This document shows positions 22,113 to 28,802 of a stretch of DNA of 28,802 nucleotides, one piece after another. Position 1 is the stretch's first letter. Each line of letters opens with the position of its first letter. This stretch comes from Methanobacteriota archaeon (GTDB lineage: Archaea > Halobacteriota > Bog-38 > Methanoflorentales > Methanoflorentaceae). The notes beneath the pieces were generated by a model. The model did not search any database. It was given only the letters and a program-made list of their open reading frames with translations, and was not told the DNA's origin. The stretch covers positions 1-28,802 of the forward strand of contig CAVRAO010000004.1 of the NCBI GenBank assembly GCA_963719035.1. The letters run 5' to 3'. The position numbers and the translations under genes were made by a program.

Positions 22113-23500
22113 ATGCAGCGCGTATTGCAGATACGTGAACGGAACAGATGATGATCAAGACATTCTCAGACGCTTACTGAAGAATGCGCGGAACCTCCTA
22201 CGTAAAGGAGCATTCTATTATCGACGCAATTGAAACAAAGGAGGGCCTGGCAGTCTTTCGTCAGAGCGGCTGAAGAGACTCCTACTGCACTGCTACGAAC
22301 ACGTGCCGCACTAAAAAATCTCTATTAGAACGCACAGGCGTCGTGGATCGAGGTACACGAAATCTATCGAAACGCGGCGAAGTTCCTGTTTTAAAACAAA
22401 GCGTCGCTCCGGGCAGACTGGAAGAGCTTCCTCTCAGAAGATTACATGAGGCGAAAGTGGTTCTGCAACGCGACAGGCGGTTCGACTGGAGAACCGCTTC
22501 GATTCGTTCAAGATGCGGGCTATAGCAAATGGCAACGCGCGGTGAAGCATTATTATTATAATGACATTCTGCACGTTGACGACGCAAACGTTAAGACGGT
22601 AATACTTTGGGGTTCGCCACAAGATTTATCCGCATGGGGCCCCGCAAAGGCAAGAGCGAAGTTTTACAACCGATTTTCAAAGACCTGACCTCTCAACAGC
22701 TTTGTTATGACGGAAGACAACTTGGAGCACTATGTTGACGTGATAAATGCACATAAGCCTGCGATACTTCGAGGATACGCCGATTCCTTATACGAATTGA
22801 GCCGATATATCGAACAAAAAGAAAGAACTCATTTGCCCCTACCGTCATTGTCAGGTACAGCTGAAACGCTGCGACCGGAGATGAGGGAAAAAATCGAGAA
22901 CGTTTTTGGAACAAAGGTCTACAATTTCTACGGCTCAAGGGAAGTAAGCAGCATCGCGGGTGAATGCGAACGCGGGCGCATGCACGCTTTTACTTTCTGG
23001 AATGATACTGAGATACTGGACGCAAGTGACGAGCAAGTCGGAATACATGAGCAGGGGCAAGCTCGCGATAACCAATCTATTCAACTACTCTATGCCTTGG
23101 CTGACGGTACGAAATCGGCGACCTCGCCGTGCTAGGAACTAAGAAATGCCCCTGTGGAAACTTTTTGCCCACTTTCGAAGAGGTGAGCGGTAGGCTTATC
23201 GAACACTTCCTTAAAGAAGATGGAACAACTGTCCCGGTGAGTTCTTTGTTCACCTAATTGGCGTGGTGTGTAATAAAGACGAAATCAAAAAGTTCCAAGT
23301 GATCCAAGAAGATTACAGAATGATAAGGATCTTGGTCGTGCCGCAAAAAGATTTAACTGGGAGCTTCAGAAGAGCCGTTGAAAGGGAAATTGATAAAATC
23401 ATGGGGGATTGTGATATTAGTTGGGACATAACCGGCGAGATCCCGAAAATCAAAAAGCGGGAAGTTTTCATATACGAAGTCGCTGTTGTTGCAGACCTGA
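22113..23500 (+). CDS. Phenylacetate-CoA ligase family / CapK-like adenylate-forming enzyme, heavily disrupted (error-ridden or pseudogene)
   Basis: RLKRLLLHCYEHVPH*, P-loop ATGGSTGEPLRF, KPAILRGYADSL, GTAETL, FGTKVYNFYGSREVSSIAGEC, ITNLFNYSMP...YEIGDL, CPCG..LP, IKKFQVIQE and EIPKIKSGKF. The start is approximate. Confidence 0.85.
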
Positions 23501-23524
23501 AAGCGACGTAACGGGGATATTCGC

Positions 23525-24363
23525 ATGGCTTATCTGGAAGAACTACAGCGAACCTGGGATGAATTTGGTCAAACGGATCCGTTCTGGTCGATATTAACCC
23601 ACCCGGATAAGAAAGGCAACAAATGGGACCTCGATGACTTCTTTCAGACCGGTAAGAAAGAGATCAACGCACTTCTTGCACATTTGGAGACTTTGCGCTT
23701 GCCACTTCGCAAAGAAAAAGCGCTCGACTTCGGGTGTGGCGTTGGGCGGTTGACGCAGGCACTTGCATGCCACTTTCACGTGGTGGAGGGCGTCGATATT
23801 GCACCGTCAATGATCGAATTGGCAAACAAGCTCAATCACTATGGAGATCGATGCAAGTTTCACCTCAATGCGAAAGCAGACCTTTCATTGTTTGACGATG
23901 AGACGTTTGATTTTATTTACACGAACATCGTGCTGCAGCACATGGAGCCCGCCTACTCAAAAAAATACCTAGGCGAATTCCTGCGGGTATTGGTGCCTGA
24001 TGGAGTGCTCGTTTTTAAGATAACAAGCACAGCAAGAACTCTTCGGGCAAGCTCTACTTCCACGTGTACTATCCAATTGTAAAAGATGTACACTGGAAGC
24101 TGTACCGTAAAATGAAAGGCCCGATCATTGGAAAGGCATTTCATAAAAAAGGGCCAAGTGATGCAATTGCTCAAGGATAACGGAGCAAAAGCGATCGACA
24201 TCACCAAGCCGCCGGACAAAAAAGCTGGTATAACTGCCGATACTGCGTGGTCAAGGTGAGACCTGCAGATTCAGACGTAACACCAGTGAAAATGCAAAAA
24301 AAGCTCGTGTCGAAATCATGCAGTATCAGAAGCGTCTTATATGGAACCTCCGCCGCTGTTTAA
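23525..24363 (+). CDS. Class I SAM-dependent methyltransferase, frameshifted C-terminus
   Basis: WDEFGQTDPFWSIL, motif I ALDFGCGVGRLT, VEGVDIAPSMI and FDFIYTNIVLQHM...EFLRVLVPDG. The ORF ends at 24082, but coding-like sequence (GQVMQLLKDNGA...RYCVVK) continues to ~24260-24363, so the 3' end is uncertain. Confidence 0.85.
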
Positions 24364-25504
24364 GACCACATGGCTCGGCATGGGGTCTTTGGGTCCGCAC
24401 AACCTGTAGTCGCTAACGAGTCGCATCGCACCGTTTTCTCGATGATTGTCATGAACCTGGAAGCGGTCTTGTCCCACGAGAATTGTTTGCTCCATCTTAG
24501 AGCGCCCTCTGACAGCCGTATTCGTGCGCTGTGATCGTGAAGGAGGCCCAAAAGCGGCACGGGCCATTGCATCTGGCCTTGCATCTGTCAGCAAGCCCGT
24601 CTGCCCGTGTTTGATCGAGTCTTTATGACCGACAATATTGTATCCGATCGTCGGTGTGCCACTTGCATTCGCCTCAGTGATTGTGAGGCCCCACCCCTCA
24701 CGAATTCCCGGCGCAAGCAATATGTGTGCTCTTTGCATGAAGATTAGCCTTGAGAGTTTCGTCAACGAAGCCGAAGAACTCAACCGATAATCCATTTGCT
24801 AGCCCCTTGAGGTTCGTCAATTCTGAACCGCGCCCGACGACCCATAATTGCGCATCAGGCAGATCCGCTTGGATGAGTCGAAACGCTCTTATAGCGTGAT
24901 CGACACGGGTCGCTTTCTTTAATAAGCCAACGAAAAGTAGCGTGGGTCGTTTCTCCTTTGCCGGTATACGCTCTAAAGCATTATTGTCGATACCGATAGG
25001 CACCTCGTGTATCGTTTTTATGCCAAGCGCCGATAGATCTCGTTTGGTCGACGCGCTGATAGTTACGGTCGGCGTGTCATGATACCGCGAGTACCATCGC
25101 GGTTCCACTAAGTGATATATGACGTGACCTACACCGGGCGGGAGCACCGTTATGTGTTTCTCGCCTATAACTTCAAACACAAGGAAAATCACCGGTTCAT
25201 GCACGTACGTCGGCGCCAGGAACGGTATGAGGGTATATTCATCGATAACAACGTCACATTCGCCCCGAAAATGCTCTTTATAATAGCGTCGCGCGCGCGA
25301 CCGCACCGTAACATAGTTGCCGATGCGGATCGTGTTGATGCCATCGACGATCTCAGTGCGCGCGCTGCCTGCAAAATGTGAGGCGATGAGACTTACTGTG
25401 TGACCTTCACTGACCCATCGCTTAGCTACCTCGTGAGTGAAACGTTCAGCTCCCCCAGCGCTCGGGTGCTTGTGATCTCTCAGATTCAATATGAGGATAT
25501 TCAC
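24360..25504 (-). CDS. Glycosyltransferase family 4 (GT-B; RDxxHPxAGGAE subgroup), frameshifted
   Basis: GTG start at 25504: MNILILNLRDHKHPSAGGAERFTHE. Also TVTISASTKRDL, LLFVGLLK, REGWGLTITEANASGTPTIGY and KQFSWD. Confidence 0.92.
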
Positions 25505-26124
25505 CGCAGTGCCCCCCAGACACTCACATGCTCGAGCCCAATCGCCCTTTGGGTTATTCGTATGTTTCAGGACGTCGCGGTGATCAAATACCTTTCCATA
25601 TAGCACGCCCTCAAATTGTAGCTCTTTAACAAAATTGTTACTTTTTTACAATTTGATTGCGATTAAAAAGCTAAATATTACTCCTTTATCAAAGCTCCAC
25701 GATGCAGAATGCTGCGCGTTGCCGCCGAACGCGACTACTTGAAAGATTTTTCTGGGTTACGGCTAACACATAGCCTCTGAGACATCATACCATAGGAACC
25801 AATACTGTCATGCAACCGCACACGTGCCTGGTCTTACAACCACAAAACTTGTGTCAAACCAGCTCGTAGGACAAGGAATAGCAAATACGTGAATCGGCCG
25901 GCCCCGCTTTGGATCTTCTTTTTTGAGAGAAGCGATGGTGCTTGAACTCACAACGGCGGAACGCAGATCGGGCCCTTCACGGTGCCTCAACGACGATGAT
26001 AGCTCCCCTACTACCTTCATACGTTTTGCGGACGCCGCAACTAGCGGCGGGTTAGCCCTCCCGCAATCCACGAACCCCCGCCCAGGTGTGCAACTGCAAC
26101 CCTCGAGACCCCTTGGAAAGCGTC

Positions 26125-26141
26125 GAAAAACAAGTTTTATT
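26125..26141 (+). promoter_or_regulatory. Putative BRE + TATA for the fasciclin gene
   Basis: GAAAAACAAG-TTTTATT about 55 bp upstream of the ATG at 26196. Confidence 0.4.
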
Positions 26142-26195
26142 GCCCGATGTGCAAGGGACGAGTATGGAGCCAAACTGTGTATTGGACACGAAAAA

Positions 26196-26901
26196 ATGGT
26201 TAACAAAATGCTGTTTTCAGCTCTATTAACAACCGCAGTGATTCTTTCAATGCTAGGCGCACCTAACGTCGCATTCGCACAAGCGTCGGTGAGACCTGCA
26301 ACACCGACTGCGCAAGTGCCGGTGCAATCTGCACCTGCTACCCAAACAAGTCTCACCATCGCTCGACTTACGGCCACCAACCCCACCCTCTCGATGTTCG
26401 CGGGCTTACTCACGAAGGCAAATCTCACGAACACTTTAAACCGCTCCGGCAACTTTACCGTTTTCGCGCCGACGAACGCTGCTTTTGCGAAGATGCACCC
26501 CACCACCCTTGCTGCCCTGGAGAACAACTCAACTGCACTGAAGCAGGTTTTCAGATACCACATCGTGAAGTCGCGGGTATACGCCATCAACTTCACCGGA
26601 AAAGGTAACCTCAACACGCTTGCGGGAGTTAAACTAAATTACTCGGTCAATGCAGTGACCGGAATACACGTAGACAATGCGACCGTAACCCAAACGAATA
26701 TGAACGCAACAAATGGCGTCATTCACCTCATTGATAGCGTGATGATACCACCTGCTAAAGCGACAACTACGACGACGACAAAAACGACAGCGACCGCATC
26801 GTCGCAGGGAGGGTTCCTTGGTCTGCCGGGTTTCGAGGCGGTGTATGCCGTAGCAGGGCTTGTCGCTGTTGCGGTACTTGGCGCTGCGGCGCAGGAAGTA
26901 A
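26196..26901 (+). CDS. Fasciclin (FAS1) domain surface glycoprotein with Thr-rich linker and PGF-CTERM archaeosortase signal
   Basis: Signal peptide MVNKMLFSALLTTAVILSMLGAPNVAFAQ. FAS1 H1 FTVFAPTNAAF, YH motif, H2 ATNGVIHLIDSVMIP. C-terminus LPGFEAVYAVAGLVAVA. Removing one G near 26873 gives YLALRRRK* (TAA 26899-26901). Confidence 0.93.
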
Positions 26902-27221
26902 CCCCACCGAATCCTGCGCTTGATGGAACGTAAAGCATCACGGCCTAAGCCACGTGTCACGTCTTAGTAGGTCCCTTATTGGCTCGCAAACTGATCAAAA
27001 TAGCAGCGAAGACCGTATTCGCAGCAGAAGGCACTTCCACCGTCCTCTAAACGCCTTAATCGCCGACCAGAGACGCGGGTCAAAAAAGCTAGCCGCGCTC
27101 CCGATTTCCCGTTTATGCAGGTAGTAGAGCCTCTTGATAATGAGCCCAATAATGACGGTGCCCACTCCTCGTTTAATCAGCGTGGCGTGCCCGTTTTCGT
27201 CCGTTGCCACTATCAGCGGAC

Positions 27222-27662
27222 TCAAGCAACAGCGTGGTATCGCCCCCGGGCCACAGTTCGGGGAAGGAGGGCGCCGTTCTCGAGGCCTTCGCGTTCGCGG
27301 AGCTGTTGCTCGCTGCGGATGTGGGGCTCAGCGAACTCCCTGGCAAGCTCAGCGCGCGTCTTCAGTTCCAGCTCCACGAGCTTCGCCGTCGGGACATCAG
27401 AAAAGTCACGCTTGTCCAGCTCACCCGTGATGTGCTCGAGCCTCGCGCTCAGGCGCTCGATGCGTGCTTGCGTCGTCATCCAGCAGGCCTCGCGCAACGC
27501 GTCGAGTTCCATCGCCTTCATGTTTTCGACTTCCTCTATGTGCTCACTAAGCCAATTCGCCACCGTCTGTCTCCGAACGCCGACGGTGTCCGCGATCGTC
27601 GCAAGTGATTTTCCCTGCGCCCGCAGTTTGAAGCACGTGAGCTTTGTCTCTGTGTCCTTCAT
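27222..27662 (-). CDS. Helix-turn-helix protein with helical C-terminal region, of a type seen in integrative elements/prophage-like islands
   Basis: MKDTETKLTCFKLRAQGKSLATIADTVGVRRQTVANW (HTH), followed by EEVENMKAMELDAL...ELDKRDFSDVPTAKLVEL. Confidence 0.8.
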   Translation of the reverse strand: MKDTETKLTCFKLRAQGKSLATIADTVGVRRQTVANWLSEHIEEVENMKAMELDALREACWMTTQARIERLSARLEHITGELDKRDFSDVPTAKLVELELKTRAELAREFAEPHIRSEQQLREREGLENGALLPRTVARGRYHAVA

Positions 27663-27919
27663 CGTTCACTCCGCTCGCTGTCTGCACGGGAGTGGATCGC
27701 GTCCTTGAGCCACGACGCTGGGGTAGAATAATATCCCGTGGCGGGTCTGGTAATACGGGATGCGGCATCGTCGTTATCGATGAATGCTCGTCTAAGAGCG
27801 TCCGGCCGGGTGTTGATCATGTACGTCTTTACCTCCTTCGAGCAGTGGACAAGCACTCGGTCATGCCGTGCACGTTCGGCCCGCTTCATAAGATTGAGAT
27901 CTCTGTGGTCGTGGCCCAC
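27659..27919 (-). CDS. Small hypothetical protein translationally coupled to the HTH gene
   Basis: Its stop overlaps the HTH gene start (ATGA at 27662-27659). No recognisable motif, and the start is uncertain. Confidence 0.45.
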   Translation of the reverse strand: MGHDHRDLNLMKRAERARHDRVLVHCSKEVKTYMINTRPDALRRAFIDNDDAASRITRPATGYYSTPASWLKDAIHSRADSERSER

Positions 27920-28228
27920 GTGCTCATCTAGCGATCGACGTTTTTTACGTCGCTCTCATTCACCGCCTGCTGCCGGAGGCGTATGGTGCCAAACACGTCG
28001 CCACGATACGCCGGTCGAGTTTCTCAGAGCACTGCTCCATTTTTTTTCATGTCGTATTTATCAGGGAAAGATACCAAGCTTTCTCGTGCAGAGCGAAAGT
28101 AATCGTGCATTCCGCCCTACCTCGTTATACACATCCGTGCACGGCGTCAACGCCCGGGCGCGCCGATAGCTGTGCGCTGAGACTATTACACACACGTCCC
28201 CCGTTGTTGAGAGCCCCAACAAACGACT

Positions 28229-28277
28229 AACAATAATTATTATCTAATTAAATTTATAAAAATATATAAATAATAGA
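28229..28277. other. Extremely AT-rich tract (possible DNA-unwinding element or divergent promoter region)
   Basis: AACAATAATTATTATCTAATTAAATTTATAAAAATATATAAATAATAGA, embedded in GC-rich flanks. Confidence 0.6.
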
Positions 28278-28399
28278 TACGATGCTTCCTATGGACTCGA
28301 ACGCAAAAAAACGCGAAAAAGCCGCGTTCCGGGCTTCGTGCGCAGCTCATCCCCCACTACACGATCGCACGTCCCATCCGAGGCACGCATGTGGTCAAC

Positions 28400-28443
28400 T
28401 GTTGGTGCGCTTTTGGTGCGGTTTTGGTGCGCTTTTGGTGCGG
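28400..28443. repeat. Four tandem 11-bp direct repeats (TTTTGGTGCG[C/G]), iteron-like
   Basis: TGTTGGTGCGC / TTTTGGTGCGG / TTTTGGTGCGC / TTTTGGTGCGG, followed by a T8 run. Confidence 0.9.
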
Positions 28444-28673
28444 TTTTTTTTACTCGTCAGGTATCACGCCGGTTGACGGGTCTCCCACGACGCATAGCCC
28501 GATAAACCCTTATCCCAAGCTAACGCGTCGTGGTATGTTTGGCATCAGGACCCAATGAGCTAGATATCCGCTTCGGCTCGTTCACGTTTCGCAACGTTTT
28601 ATGACGGCGACGCTCACTATTCGTCGCCCGAGTCCATTGCGAGAGCGCCAGGCCACAGCGGGAGGTGTGAGAG

Positions 28674-28802
28674 ATGAGAGCGCTTACCGCGGCAATCGCG
28701 ATCATACTGCTGCGTATATGGCGATGTTAAGCGCGTACTACCAAGTCCTTCACGTGCTCAGTTACCTTCAGAGCCGCGGCAACAAGCTCGCGGGACCGCG
28801 GC
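28674..28802 (+). CDS. Possible small membrane/secreted protein, 5' part, cut by the window edge
   Basis: Strong SD GGAGGTG at 28661-28667 and ATG at 28674: MRALTAAIAIILL, continuing after one assumed indel as AYMAMLSAYYQVLHVLSYLQSRGNKLAGPR to the edge. Confidence 0.4.

Noticed and set aside
22113-23500. Phenylacetate catabolism (paaK) or coenzyme F390 synthetase
   Set aside because: No paa genes are nearby, and the position among GTs next to a methyltransferase fits the CapK-like glycan-locus subgroup better. No gene symbol was assigned.
25808-26960. Long antisense ORFs (25808..26617, 26634..26960) and the 91-aa N-terminal extension of ORF 25923..26933
   Set aside because: The antisense ORFs shadow the fasciclin gene. 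The signal peptide and a TATA-like element place the real start at 26196.
26902-27221. tRNA or att site at the boundary of the putative mobile element
   Set aside because: No cloverleaf, T-loop GTTCRA pattern or matching direct repeat was found.
28400-28443. Mini-CRISPR
   Set aside because: The 11-bp units are directly adjacent with no spacers.

Overview
This is an archaeal cell-surface glycan locus, probably from Halobacteriota (PGF-CTERM sorting signal, DUF1616, BRE/TATA-type promoters). The sequence carries many single-base indels, most likely unpolished long-read errors, so most genes are split across several ORFs and I rejoined them by eye. Left part (minus strand): a secreted protein cut by the window edge, a small membrane protein, a DUF1616 protein, a large GT-C-like membrane protein, and a ~1100-aa secreted protein of about ten ~103-aa Ig-like domains, five of which are near-identical 309-bp copies. 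Centre: a Wzx-type flippase, an NDP-sugar epimerase, five GT4 glycosyltransferases and four tailoring enzymes (orphan CapA/PGA_cap metallophosphoesterase, asparagine-synthase-like ligase with no N-terminal Cys, CapK/phenylacetate-CoA-ligase-like adenylating enzyme, SAM methyltransferase). Right part: a sequon-rich fasciclin protein with a PGF-CTERM, then an HTH gene of a type seen in mobile elements, an AT-rich tract and four phased 11-bp direct repeats that resemble an origin. Best leads: the putative amide/acyl glycan-decoration module, a 173-bp inverted repeat inside two convergent GT4 paralogues, the mosaic repeat surface protein and the iteron-like element. No tRNA, rRNA, CRISPR array, transposase or integrase was recognised. 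All family calls come from motif recognition, not database searches.
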